50,308 nucleotides of DNA, from assembly GCA_964347285.1 (NCBI GenBank), contig CAYFYE010000007.1:1-50308 (forward strand), given 5' to 3'. Shown in pieces: positions 1 to 8,897 of the stretch. Numbering within the stretch: the first letter of the stretch is position 1; every line of letters begins with the position of its first letter. The DNA comes from an uncultured Acidimicrobiia bacterium. GTDB taxonomy: Bacteria > Actinomycetota > Acidimicrobiia > Spongiisociales > JAOTWH01. The notes beneath the pieces were generated by a model. The model had not been told where the DNA came from. It worked only from the letters and a program-made list of their open reading frames with translations, and ran no database searches. Both the position numbers and the translations under genes were made by a program.

Positions 1-135
1 TGGGGGTTGAACCGGACCGACGATGTCCGTATCCGGTTCGACGGCTGGACCTACCTCTGGGCAGGCGTCGGTCCACCACCCGCAGATCAACCCGGCGGCG
101 GAAGAGTTGTCCTCGGCAATCAGCCCTCTTCGTAG
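1..135 (+). CDS. 3' end of a gene truncated by the window edge (hypothetical)
   Basis: Frame 1 is open from base 1 to TAG at 133-135 (WGLNRTDDVRIRFDGWTYLWAGVG...NQPSS*); no family recognised. Confidence 0.3.
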   Translation, partial: WGLNRTDDVRIRFDGWTYLWAGVGPPPADQPGGGRVVLGNQPSS

Positions 136-274
136 CCGACTCCGGCGCAACGACACGAGGGCGAGTCCGGTCAATGACGCTGCACCAGAGCCAGAGTTCT
201 GGAGCAAGAACGATCCGGTCCCCGAGCCGCCCAGAGCGGCACGTCGCGGAGTATCGAACGTTGGCCTCGACCGG

Positions 275-1402
275 TCAACCCTCGCCGAGCCGGGCCGGCG
301 CCAGGTCCCCGGGACGCAGCCCCAGTACGGCCAGGTCCTCGGGCAGCACCCCGTCCAGGATGAGGCCGGCGGCGGCCCGGGCCAGGGCCGGAGCCGTCTT
401 GATGCCCGATCCCCCTTGCCCGGCCAACCAGAAGAAGGCGGGATGGTCCGGCGCCCATCCGGCTACCGGGATGCGATCGGCGACGAAGGAGCGCAGCCCG
501 GCCCAGGCATGGCGGACGTGGCGGATCTCGAGGGTCGTGGCCGCCTGGATGCGCTCGATGCCCAAGGCGACGTCGACCTCGTCGTGGCGCACGTCGCACG
601 GCTCCATCGGCGTTTCATCGGCCGGTGAGCCGAGGAGGAGAGGCCCCTCCGGCTTGAAGTAGAACTCCTCGTCGACGTCGACGACCATCGGCCAGCCCTC
701 GTGGGCTTGCCCCGGGGGTGGGGCGAAGGTGAAGGCGGTGCGGCGCAAGGGCTGGAGGCCGACCGGCGCCACGCCGGCCATCCCGGCCACCTCGTCACAC
801 CAAGCACCGGCGGCGTTCACCACCACGTCGGCGGCGATCACCTCCTCGCCGATGGAGATCTGCCAGCGGGTTCCGTCCCAGGCGAGGTGCTCGACTCCGG
901 CGTCGGTACGGACCCGGCCCCGGCGGTCCCGAAAGGCGCGCAAGAAGCCTTGATGCAGGGCGTGGACGTCGAGATCGGCGGCTTCGGGTTCGATGACGGC
1001 TCCGGCCACATACCTGGGATCCAGCACCGGGCACACCCGGGCGGCGGCGGTTCCGTCGATGAGGTGGATGGAGGCCACCAGGGCGGCGCCCTGTGAGAGG
1101 GCATCGTCGAGGTGGGCCCTCTGATCATCCCTTCCGACGAACAGGATCGGCCGTTTACTCGAGAGCCGATCTTCGAAGGGCTCCGGCGGGTGCTCCAGGA
1201 ACGAGCGGCCGGCCATGGCCAGGCGGCGTACGGTGGGGTGACCGTAGGCCTCGGTGAAGGTGGCCGCCGAGCGTCCGGTGCTGTGCCGTCCGCACCAGGG
1301 TTCGCGTTCCAGGAGCACCACCGATTGTGTGGCGGACAGCTCGTAGGCCGCCGAAGCCCCGGCGATGCCGCCCCCGATCACTGCGGTGTCGTAGCCCTCC
1401 AT
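275..1402 (-). CDS. FAD-dependent oxidoreductase, DAO/DadA (D-amino-acid dehydrogenase-like) family
   Basis: N-terminal dinucleotide-binding motif VIGGGIAG, HSTGRSAA, C-terminal WAGLRS and GQGGSGIKTAPA. Start placed at ATG 1402 (MEGYD), 7 nt after a TACGCT -10-like hexamer. Confidence 0.85.
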   Translation of the reverse strand: MEGYDTAVIGGGIAGASAAYELSATQSVVLLEREPWCGRHSTGRSAATFTEAYGHPTVRRLAMAGRSFLEHPPEPFEDRLSSKRPILFVGRDDQRAHLDDALSQGAALVASIHLIDGTAAARVCPVLDPRYVAGAVIEPEAADLDVHALHQGFLRAFRDRRGRVRTDAGVEHLAWDGTRWQISIGEEVIAADVVVNAAGAWCDEVAGMAGVAPVGLQPLRRTAFTFAPPPGQAHEGWPMVVDVDEEFYFKPEGPLLLGSPADETPMEPCDVRHDEVDVALGIERIQAATTLEIRHVRHAWAGLRSFVADRIPVAGWAPDHPAFFWLAGQGGSGIKTAPALARAAAGLILDGVLPEDLAVLGLRPGDLAPARLGEG

Positions 1403-1460
1403 TTCGAGCAGCGTAGGCCTCCCCCCGGCGGTGAAGCCGGTCAGCAACGCGGCCGGTCGG

Positions 1461-2027
1461 CTACCCGCGGGCCCGCTCCAGGTCGTCGAGGGTGTTGACC
1501 TGAAAGGGCTCGGGCCGATCGGCCGGTAGGGGCACCGCCACCGCTCCGGCGGCTTCCAGCAGCCCATTCATGTCGAGCCGGCCGGCAGCGATGCGCTCGG
1601 AAACCAGCGGGGCGATCGAGCGGCGGTAGAGGGCGAACAGCGGCTCCCACCGCTGCCGCTCCCGAAAGGCGACGGCAGCCGCGTCGGGGGCGGCTGCCTG
1701 GAGTGTTTCCACCCACGCCGGCCGGGCCTCGACCAGGTCGCACGAGGCCAGCAGCAGCTGGGAGCCGCCTTCTTCGTGCAGGGCCGTGTCGAGCCCGCCG
1801 ATCGGGCCGAGGCCGGGCACCCGATCGGCGATCGTTCTCAATCCGAGATCCCGATACTCGTCGGCGACCCGGGCCACGACGGTGATCCGGGAGGCCACCG
1901 GAGCGAGACCCTCGGCCACCCGGATGATCAGCGGCTTCCCGTCGAGCATTGCCCGGGCCTTGTCGCCCCCGAAGCGAGTGGCCCGCCCCCCGGCCAGGAT
2001 GTACACGGGAACGGCCGACGACCTCAT
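1461..2027 (-). CDS. mobA: Molybdenum cofactor guanylyltransferase
   Basis: ILAGGRATRFGGDKA, GPIGGL, SCDL, EPLFALY, VNTLDDL motifs; ATGA overlap with the upstream mog stop. Confidence 0.9.
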   Translation of the reverse strand: MRSSAVPVYILAGGRATRFGGDKARAMLDGKPLIIRVAEGLAPVASRITVVARVADEYRDLGLRTIADRVPGLGPIGGLDTALHEEGGSQLLLASCDLVEARPAWVETLQAAAPDAAAVAFRERQRWEPLFALYRRSIAPLVSERIAAGRLDMNGLLEAAGAVAVPLPADRPEPFQVNTLDDLERARG

Positions 2028-2554
2028 TCCGACTCGTCGAGGGGCGTCTGGTCGTAGTCGCGTCCGTGGCCTTCGCCGCGCAGCATGTCGATGGCATGCG
2101 GGAGGACGTCGACGAGCGCCTCCAGGCTCTCGACCGCTCCCCGTTCCGACCCGGGAAGGTTGATCACCAACGTGTCCCGGATGGTTCCGGCCACTCCGCG
2201 CGACAGATAGGCGAGTGGCGTCGACTCCGCTCCTCGAACTCGTACCAATTCCATCAGTCCCGAGTGCTCGCGCTCCATCACCTGCCGGGTGGCCTCCGGG
2301 GTGACGTCGCGGGGCCCGAGCCCGGTGCCGCCCGTGGTCACCACCAGCTCGGGAGCGCCGTCGTCGCCGGCCCACTCGGTCAGTTGCCGGGCGATCTCGG
2401 CAGCTTCGTCGGGAACGCAGGCGGTCGCTTTGGCGACGGCGCCCAGCTCGTGCTCGAGGAGTCGTCGCAACGCCGGCCCGGCCGTATCTTCGGCCAGGCC
2501 CCGGTAGCACCGGTCCGACACGGTCAGCACCGCGAAGCTGAATCGACCATTCAT
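2024..2554 (-). CDS. mog: Molybdopterin adenylyltransferase, MogA/MoaB family
   Basis: VLTVSDR, D-x-AGP, TTGGTGLGPRDVTPEAT, LSRGVAG, INLPGS motifs. Confidence 0.9.
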   Translation of the reverse strand: MNGRFSFAVLTVSDRCYRGLAEDTAGPALRRLLEHELGAVAKATACVPDEAAEIARQLTEWAGDDGAPELVVTTGGTGLGPRDVTPEATRQVMEREHSGLMELVRVRGAESTPLAYLSRGVAGTIRDTLVINLPGSERGAVESLEALVDVLPHAIDMLRGEGHGRDYDQTPLDESE

Positions 2555-3039
2555 CCCGGTGGGTCGGGGGCTCGGAAGTCGCCGCTGCGGCCCCCGGTCT
2601 TCTCCAGCAGGCGAATCCGCTCGATGACCATGGCCGGGTCGATCGCCTTGCCCATGTCGATCACGGTGAGGGCGGCGACGGCGACCGCCGTCAGGGCCTC
2701 CATCTCGACCCCGGTGCGGGCGGTGGCCTGGACCGAGGCGCGGACCCGCACGTGGGGGCGCTCCACCCAGGCCTCTACGGAGACATGATCGACGGGGAGC
2801 GGGTGGCACAACGGGATCAGCTCGTCGGTGCGCTTGGCGCCCTGAATGCCGGCCAGCTTGGCCACCTCCAGCAGGTTGCCTTTGGCCAGCTCGTCGCTCT
2901 CGACGGCGTCGAGGAGGGCATCGGAAGCACGGATGAGGGCTTCGGCCACCGCCCGGCGCCGGGTCACTTCCTTGTCGCCGACGTTCACCATACGGGCCCC
3001 CCTCTCCTCATCGAGGTGGCTCAGCCCGTCAGCAGGCAT
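2551..3039 (-). CDS. moaC: Cyclic pyranopterin monophosphate synthase
   Basis: LSHLD..GARMVNVGDK, LIPLCHPL, TGVEMEALTA, LLEKTGGRSG motifs. Confidence 0.95.
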   Translation of the reverse strand: MPADGLSHLDEERGARMVNVGDKEVTRRRAVAEALIRASDALLDAVESDELAKGNLLEVAKLAGIQGAKRTDELIPLCHPLPVDHVSVEAWVERPHVRVRASVQATARTGVEMEALTAVAVAALTVIDMGKAIDPAMVIERIRLLEKTGGRSGDFRAPDPPG

Positions 3040-4234
3040 GCCACGAGTAATAGGGCCATGGGCCCGGACCGGCTTCACCGGGTGGGACTGCCACGAAGCC
3101 GGTGCTCCGGGCGGCCGAGACCAGGTCGCCGGATCCCCGGGTGGGGACCAGCCGGGCCCGTCCCGGGCCGATGAGGCAGACGAGCCGATGCCACCACAGA
3201 TCGATCCGGTCGGCGTCGGGGTCCTCGACGGTGACCATCGCCGGGGGTGGATCGACGTCGGCGAATCCGGCCATCCGGCGCAATGCCACCATTCCGATTC
3301 GGCGAGCGCTCACCGCCACCGATACCGGGTTGCCGGGGAGGCCCAGGATCGCTTCTCCATCCGGCCCGACCGCCCCCAGCATGGGTTTCCCGGGCCGCTG
3401 GGCCAGTCGGTGAAACACGATGTCGGCTCCGGCATCTTGTAGCACCTGGGGCACGTAGTCGTAATCCCCCATCGAGACCCCTCCGGTCAGCATGATGACC
3501 CGGCAGTCGCCGAGCATGCGCCCGAGCGCCTTGCCCAACAGGTCGGGCTCGTCGGTGACTCGTTCGAAGGAGCCGGCCTCGGCCCACGGCAGCCCGTCGA
3601 CCAGCGTCCGCAGCGTCGATCCATTGGAATCACGGAGCTGCCACGGCGTCGGGGCCGCCTCGGGGGGAAGCACTTCGTCCCCGGTGACCATGACCCCGAT
3701 GCGGACCCGCTGGAACAATCGGGGTCTCACGATCCCGAACGAGGCCAGGGCCCCGGCGACGGCGGCGTCGACGGCAATTCCTTTCTCGATGACGACTTCC
3801 CCGCCGCCCAGGTTCTCTCCCTTTCTGCGGATGTGCTGGCCGGGCGAGATGTCGAGGGCGCCGGGGAGCCCGATTCGGCCTGCTCGCTCCTCCACCAGCT
3901 CCCGGGGGATGACCGCTTCGGCACCGGCGGGGACGGCTCCCCCGGTGAAGATCATCACGGCGGCGCCGGGAGCGAGTTCGGGCGGCTCGGTGCCGATGGC
4001 AACTTCCCCGCTCACCGGAAGCTCTGTGCGATCCAGGTCGGCGAGTCGGACCGCGTATCCGTCCATGGCGCTGACGTCACAGGAGGGGCTGGGACGGTCC
4101 GAGGCGATGTCTTCGGCGAGGACCCTGCCCCCGGCCTCGTCGAGGTCCACCTCTTCCCCGCTCACCGGAGCGAGCCGTTCCACGAGTCGGGCAATCGCCT
4201 CGTGGGGCGGTAGGAGCGCAGTGGGGGCGGCCAT
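3029..4234 (-). CDS. moeA: Molybdopterin molybdotransferase
   Basis: GRVLAED, SAMDGYAV, IFTGGAVP, TGDEV, DSNG, TGGVSMGDYD, RPGKP, GLPGNPVS motifs. Confidence 0.95.
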   Translation of the reverse strand: MAAPTALLPPHEAIARLVERLAPVSGEEVDLDEAGGRVLAEDIASDRPSPSCDVSAMDGYAVRLADLDRTELPVSGEVAIGTEPPELAPGAAVMIFTGGAVPAGAEAVIPRELVEERAGRIGLPGALDISPGQHIRRKGENLGGGEVVIEKGIAVDAAVAGALASFGIVRPRLFQRVRIGVMVTGDEVLPPEAAPTPWQLRDSNGSTLRTLVDGLPWAEAGSFERVTDEPDLLGKALGRMLGDCRVIMLTGGVSMGDYDYVPQVLQDAGADIVFHRLAQRPGKPMLGAVGPDGEAILGLPGNPVSVAVSARRIGMVALRRMAGFADVDPPPAMVTVEDPDADRIDLWWHRLVCLIGPGRARLVPTRGSGDLVSAARSTGFVAVPPGEAGPGPWPYYSWHAC

Positions 4235-4236
4235 CC

Positions 4237-4641
4237 TCACATCCCCGGCTCTTCTGCGCTCGACCAGATCGGTTTCTTGAAGATAGGCACGTCTTGCTTC
4301 ATCCGGGTGATGAAGTCTTCCAGGGCGGCCAGCCCCTCGGCGCGGTGTGCGGAGGCGATGCGAAGCCGGAAGGCGCATTCGCCGGGGGCGACCGCCCCGA
4401 GGCTGTGTTCGATGTGCATGGCGATCAGGCTGTGTTGGCCGATCAACTCGGTGCCGAGCGATTCCAGCATGCGTTCCGCCATGGGGCGGTAGGCGTCGTA
4501 GTCGAGGGCATCGATCCGGCAATCTTCCTCGATCGGTCGAACCATTCCTTCGAAGGTGAGCACGGCCCCGGCGCCGTCCGGCGACCAGGGAGGAACCTCT
4601 CGGCCGAGAGGTCCCGGGACGATGTCGATGGAGAGGCTCAT
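4237..4641 (-). CDS. moaE: Molybdopterin synthase catalytic subunit
   Basis: GAVLTFEGMVR, LDYDAY..MA, SAHR, MKQDVPIFKK motifs. Confidence 0.9.
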   Translation of the reverse strand: MSLSIDIVPGPLGREVPPWSPDGAGAVLTFEGMVRPIEEDCRIDALDYDAYRPMAERMLESLGTELIGQHSLIAMHIEHSLGAVAPGECAFRLRIASAHRAEGLAALEDFITRMKQDVPIFKKPIWSSAEEPGM

Positions 4642-4886
4642 CCGCCCGACACCGCTCCGATGATCGCCACCTCGTCTTCGGCGTTGATCGGGTGGTCGTC
4701 GTCGACGAAGCGGTGGTTGACGGCAAAGCGGCAATGCTCCATGTGGTCGGCGAGGACCGGTTCGGCTTCGGCGATTGCCTTGCGCAGCAGTCCGGGTGTG
4801 GTCTGTGGTCCGGGGACGTCGACCTCGATCGTGCGGCGTCCCAGGGCCATGGCTTCGGCACCGAAGAGCTTCACGCGGTGTCTCAT
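4638..4886 (-). CDS. moaD: Molybdopterin synthase sulfur carrier subunit
   Basis: 82-aa ubiquitin-like protein: VKLFG, FAVN, DEVAIIGAVSGG with C-terminal GG; ATGA coupling to moaE. Confidence 0.92.
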   Translation of the reverse strand: MRHRVKLFGAEAMALGRRTIEVDVPGPQTTPGLLRKAIAEAEPVLADHMEHCRFAVNHRFVDDDHPINAEDEVAIIGAVSGG

Positions 4887-4984
4887 CGGTCGTCGGAGGC
4901 GCCGGGCGGGTCCGCGCCGGTGAGCTCCGGCCGGTCGTGGGTCCACTGGTGCGTGGCCCCATTGTTCGGACGATTCGCTGCCAT
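4883..4984 (-). CDS. Possible 33-aa upstream peptide coupled to moaD
   Basis: ATG 4984 to TGA 4883 (MAANRPNNGATHQWTHDRPELTGADPPGASDDR*); its stop overlaps the moaD ATG (ATGA). No family recognised. Confidence 0.25.
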   Translation of the reverse strand: MAANRPNNGATHQWTHDRPELTGADPPGASDDR

Positions 4985-5098
4985 TTGGCTCGTTCTCTCA
5001 CCGCGTGGTGGCGGTGCGGGTCCCTCTCCGTCGGTGGGTTCTGGTGACGATGCTACCGCTGCCGCCGCGTCGGCTGGGAGGCCGGCCGGGCAGCGCCG

Positions 5099-5968
5099 TC
5101 ACCCTTCACTGTCGTATTCCAGAGGGCCGATCCGCAGGCCCTGATCGCGGGCCACTTGGCGCAGGGTCCTCAGCGAGGTAACGCCCAGGGCGCGCTCGGC
5201 GCTCTCGGGGACCTGTTCTACCCCGGGCCCCTTGGCATCGAACTCGTAGATGATGCAGCCGCCCTCGAAGAGGTGGAACCAGGCGGCGTTGTAGTGGCCG
5301 TCGGTGGCGTGGTCTTCGATGCGCTCGATGACATCGCCGAATTCCAGGCCGAGTTCGGGTTCTGCCTGCCCGGGTATGTGGAGGGACAGCCGACGCTGCG
5401 ATTCCTCGCTCGTTCCCAACAACACCGCGAACCGGCCGTCGGCCAGCGCCTCGCCGACCCGCGCCTCCGTCGAGGCGGCTCGGTCGTCGAGCGAGAGCTG
5501 TAGGGGCCTGCCCCGGATGTGGACGCCGGAGAGTTCCACACCCACTTCGGCGGCGTAGTCGTTGTTGTCGGGCGTCGCCGGAACAAGCGTGATCGGTATG
5601 GGCTGGATCTCTTCGGCGACCTCGACGTACCGCTCGACCCGTTCGTCGCCGCCGGGACGGGGGACTGCGCTTCCCGGATCGCAGCTCTCTTGGAGGGTGA
5701 CCTGGAGGAAGCCGTCCCCGACCCGATCGGAATCCAGCCAGAAGCGAGCCTTGCCGCTCTCGATGACCAGGTGGCGGTAGCTCCAGCCCACCTCGAGTTC
5801 GTTGAGGCAAGGGCCGTACTCGGCGGTGGGCACGGCCTGCGCTTCCATGATGAGGGTCAGGGGAACCCCGGTCACCTCGAATTCGCATGCCGGGGTGTCC
5901 CGCCCCAGCCGGCCGCAGGCGGCGGCCGCCATCGCCAGCATCACCACGACGATCGCCCGACGCCTCAC
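5099..5968 (-). CDS. Hypothetical lipoprotein
   Basis: GTG overlapping the upstream stop (GTGA); signal RRRAIVVVMLAMAAAA-C with lipobox cysteine. Confidence 0.7.
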   Translation of the reverse strand: MRRRAIVVVMLAMAAAACGRLGRDTPACEFEVTGVPLTLIMEAQAVPTAEYGPCLNELEVGWSYRHLVIESGKARFWLDSDRVGDGFLQVTLQESCDPGSAVPRPGGDERVERYVEVAEEIQPIPITLVPATPDNNDYAAEVGVELSGVHIRGRPLQLSLDDRAASTEARVGEALADGRFAVLLGTSEESQRRLSLHIPGQAEPELGLEFGDVIERIEDHATDGHYNAAWFHLFEGGCIIYEFDAKGPGVEQVPESAERALGVTSLRTLRQVARDQGLRIGPLEYDSEG

Positions 5969-7749
5969 AGCAGCCCACCCCGGGTGATGTTCTCCACGGC
6001 CAGCCCTACCAGGACCAGGCCGGTCCCGGCCACCGCGGCGGCCAGACCCAGCCGCCGCACGCTGAAGCGTTGCACGGAGATCGGATCTCGGGGCGGGGCC
6101 AGGCTGCGGAACGCCTCCACCAGGTCCAGGTTGTCCGCGTGTTGCCGGGCCTTGAGTTCGGTCTGGAGCTGGCGGGGAATCGTGATGCTGCGAGTAGCGG
6201 CAAAGGCCTCGGCGATGTCCTCGGGAGCGAAGTACCGCAGCGCCCGCAGGTAGACCCTCTCCGGTTCGCAGTGGAGGGCGAGCACCAGCATCATGTTGGC
6301 CAGGTCGACCGCCTGCCGCCACGGCGTGGGCCGCAGCGTTCCGAACGCCACGTCGATCAGCCGCACCCGCCCCTCGCGGACCATGACGTTGGAGGGCTTG
6401 ATGTCGCGATGCGCCAGGCCGCCGTCCCAGAGCTGGCGGACCGCAACCAGCGCGGCGTCGATGATCTCGTCGTCGATGGCGGCGTCGGTGATCTCACGGG
6501 CGTCCTGGAGAAACTCGGTGACCACCAGATACTCCCGCTCCGGAGTGATCTCGACGATGCCGTGGGGCTCTGCGGAGGGCACCCCGGCTTCCCGCATCGT
6601 GAGGAGCATGTAGTGCTCGTATTCGACGAGTCGGCGCACCGAGGTGAAACGCACCTCGTCCTCGAGGGCCCCATACAGGATCGTGCGCCCCAGCTTGTAC
6701 CAGCGGTCGGCGCGCAAGTGACTGGACGCGTACAGCTTGGCGAACACGGCCGGAGCCGGGCCACCGCCGATCCAGAGTCGGAGCGGGGTGGAGCCTCCCG
6801 ATCCCGCCAGCCCAACCGGCTCGAGATCGGTCACCGCCCACCCGAGCTGGTCGGCCACGGCATTCCGGATGGCGCTCCCGCGGGCCCCGCCCACGTCGAG
6901 GTGGGCCGTTACCCCGCGCCGGTACCTGACCGGGAAGAGCGCCTCGGGAACGAACAGCCGGAACATCACCACTGCCACCGAACCGCCGATGAGGGCGGCC
7001 ACGATTCCGTCGGTGAGGTGATCGACCCCGAGGTACCCCCTGGCCAGGATCAGGACACCCACGGCCGCCACCGAGGCACCCATCCACCAGTTGCGCCACC
7101 GTCCCTTCGGGAAGAGCGAAAATCCCATCAACGCCAGCGTCACCGACAGTGAGGCCACCGGCTGGGCCGGATGGGAGTAGCCGCTCCAGGCGCCGATGAT
7201 CTCGACGAAGGGCCGGGGCCGGGCGATCTCGTTGACGATCCAGGTCAGCAGGGATTCGACGCCGACGATGGCCACTGCGGCGGCCAGGAGATGGCGCCAG
7301 CGGCGATAGGCGATGAGGATCGCCACGGTGATCCATCGCAGCGGTCGCCACGCCCAGACGGACCCGAGGGCGTGGGTCGCCTTGCCGACGGCCGTGGCCG
7401 CGTCGTTCCGCAGGTCGACGAACCAGTTGAGGAGTTCCAGGTCGCGCTGCGTCCACCAGTCGGCGGTTTGGGGCCAGGCGAACAGCGAGATCCACAACAC
7501 GACCGTGATCACGCCGATGACCAGCCAGAACCAACCGCTGGCCCGGAGCTGGCGGGGGAGGGGGGGTCGCTCTCCGGACGGTCGACGACGCTTGCCGGTA
7601 ACCCGGAAATGGCCGAGACGAATCTCGCGCCGCTCGCCCACCCCCTCCAGGTGCTGAGCGACCCGCTCGCCGAGTTCGATCTGGTCGAGGCTCAGCTCGA
7701 CGGGTTGGCTCTGGTCCGGGCCAAGGTCGTCGCCGGTCGAATTGGACAA
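5965..7749 (-). CDS. Membrane protein: PAP2-type phosphatase domain fused to a protein-kinase-like (RIO/Kdo-like) domain
   Basis: RPRP...YSHP and ARGYLGVDHLTD (PAP2-like); VFAKLY, HRDIKPSNVMV, LIDVAFG (kinase fold). Start set at TTG 7749 behind GGAGG. Confidence 0.75.
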   Translation of the reverse strand: MSNSTGDDLGPDQSQPVELSLDQIELGERVAQHLEGVGERREIRLGHFRVTGKRRRPSGERPPLPRQLRASGWFWLVIGVITVVLWISLFAWPQTADWWTQRDLELLNWFVDLRNDAATAVGKATHALGSVWAWRPLRWITVAILIAYRRWRHLLAAAVAIVGVESLLTWIVNEIARPRPFVEIIGAWSGYSHPAQPVASLSVTLALMGFSLFPKGRWRNWWMGASVAAVGVLILARGYLGVDHLTDGIVAALIGGSVAVVMFRLFVPEALFPVRYRRGVTAHLDVGGARGSAIRNAVADQLGWAVTDLEPVGLAGSGGSTPLRLWIGGGPAPAVFAKLYASSHLRADRWYKLGRTILYGALEDEVRFTSVRRLVEYEHYMLLTMREAGVPSAEPHGIVEITPEREYLVVTEFLQDAREITDAAIDDEIIDAALVAVRQLWDGGLAHRDIKPSNVMVREGRVRLIDVAFGTLRPTPWRQAVDLANMMLVLALHCEPERVYLRALRYFAPEDIAEAFAATRSITIPRQLQTELKARQHADNLDLVEAFRSLAPPRDPISVQRFSVRRLGLAAAVAGTGLVLVGLAVENITRGGLL

Positions 7750-7825
7750 CAGCAGACCTCCGCGCCTCAACCTAACAACTCGGCGGGGGGTCTCGATTCG
7801 CCGGGTAGGGTCGGTGGCAGGCTCC

Positions 7826-8875
7826 ATGGACGACCAGCAGCGCTCAGCGGTGGCCGAGTCACCCCCGAGTCGAGCGCGTCGCGTCACCAAGGCGGCGGTG
7901 TCGATTGCCATCGGCCTGGCGCTGCTGATCGGAGTGCTGCCCCGGATCGCAGACTTCGGCGAGGTGTGGGCGACCATCCGCACGATGACGGCCTGGGAGG
8001 TGATCGCGCTCCTGGCCGCGGCGGCGTGGAACATCGCCACCTACCTGTTCGTGATGATGTCCGCCCTCCCCGGGCTGAGCGCCGGACAGGCCTTCGTCGC
8101 AGGACAGCTGTCCACGGCCATCTCCAACACCGTCCCCGCCGGCAGCGTGGTCGGCATCGGCGTCACCTACGCCGTCTTGTCCTCCTTCGGCCACGCGACG
8201 GGCTCGATCGCCATTGCCGCCGTGCTGACCGGGGTATGGAACACCTTCGCCAAATTCGCCTTCCCGATCGTCGCCCTCGCCATCCTCGCCATCTTCGGCA
8301 ACACCAATCCGGCACTGGTGTCTGCGGCGATCTTCGGCTTGGCGCTCCTGGTTGCCGCAGTGGGTCTGCTGGGTGGTGCGCTCTCGAGCGATCGACTGGC
8401 CCGCACGGTCGGAGGTTGGGCCGGCCGGGCCGTATCGGCGCTGCGGCGCCCATTCCGCAAGCCGCCGATCGAACGATGGGATGAGTCGTTCGCCAGGTTT
8501 CGCCGCCAGAGCATCGGCATACTGCGGCGGCGCTGGCACTGGCTGACTCTGGCCACCGTTCTCAGCCACCTGTCGCTCTACGTGGTGCTTTTGCTGGCGC
8601 TGAGGCACCTTGGAGTCTCCGGGGATGTGGTGACGGCCTCGGAGGCCTTCGGCGTCTTCTCCGTGGTCCGTCTGGCCACCGCGGTGCCGATCACTCCCGG
8701 CGGGCTGGGCCTGGTCGAGGTCGGTATGACCGCCGGCCTGGTGCTGGCCGGGGGACCGGAGTCCCAGGTCGTGGCGGCGGTGCTCGTGTATCGGGCCTTG
8801 ACCTACGCCTTGCAAGTGCCGCTCGGCGCCGCCTCCTACGTGATCTGGCAGCGCCGGATGGTGCGGGTCGCTTGA
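7826..8875 (+). CDS. Lysylphosphatidylglycerol synthase TM-domain (YbhN/flippase-like) membrane protein
   Basis: Multi-TM protein with SNTVPAG, VPITPGGLGLVE and AAVLVYRALTY motifs. Confidence 0.85.
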   Translation: MDDQQRSAVAESPPSRARRVTKAAVSIAIGLALLIGVLPRIADFGEVWATIRTMTAWEVIALLAAAAWNIATYLFVMMSALPGLSAGQAFVAGQLSTAISNTVPAGSVVGIGVTYAVLSSFGHATGSIAIAAVLTGVWNTFAKFAFPIVALAILAIFGNTNPALVSAAIFGLALLVAAVGLLGGALSSDRLARTVGGWAGRAVSALRRPFRKPPIERWDESFARFRRQSIGILRRRWHWLTLATVLSHLSLYVVLLLALRHLGVSGDVVTASEAFGVFSVVRLATAVPITPGGLGLVEVGMTAGLVLAGGPESQVVAAVLVYRALTYALQVPLGAASYVIWQRRMVRVA

Positions 8876-8897
8876 GGGTTGGGAGTCTCTGAGAAGC

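Noticed and set aside
3050..3068. ATAGGGCCATGGGCCCGGA, resembling the DosR-like palindrome
   Set aside because: Inside moeA coding sequence and has a 3-nt rather than 4-nt centre.
4887..5098. Moco riboswitch upstream of moaD
   Set aside because: The conserved elements I recall for the Moco RNA motif were not recognisable; a covariance-model search is needed.
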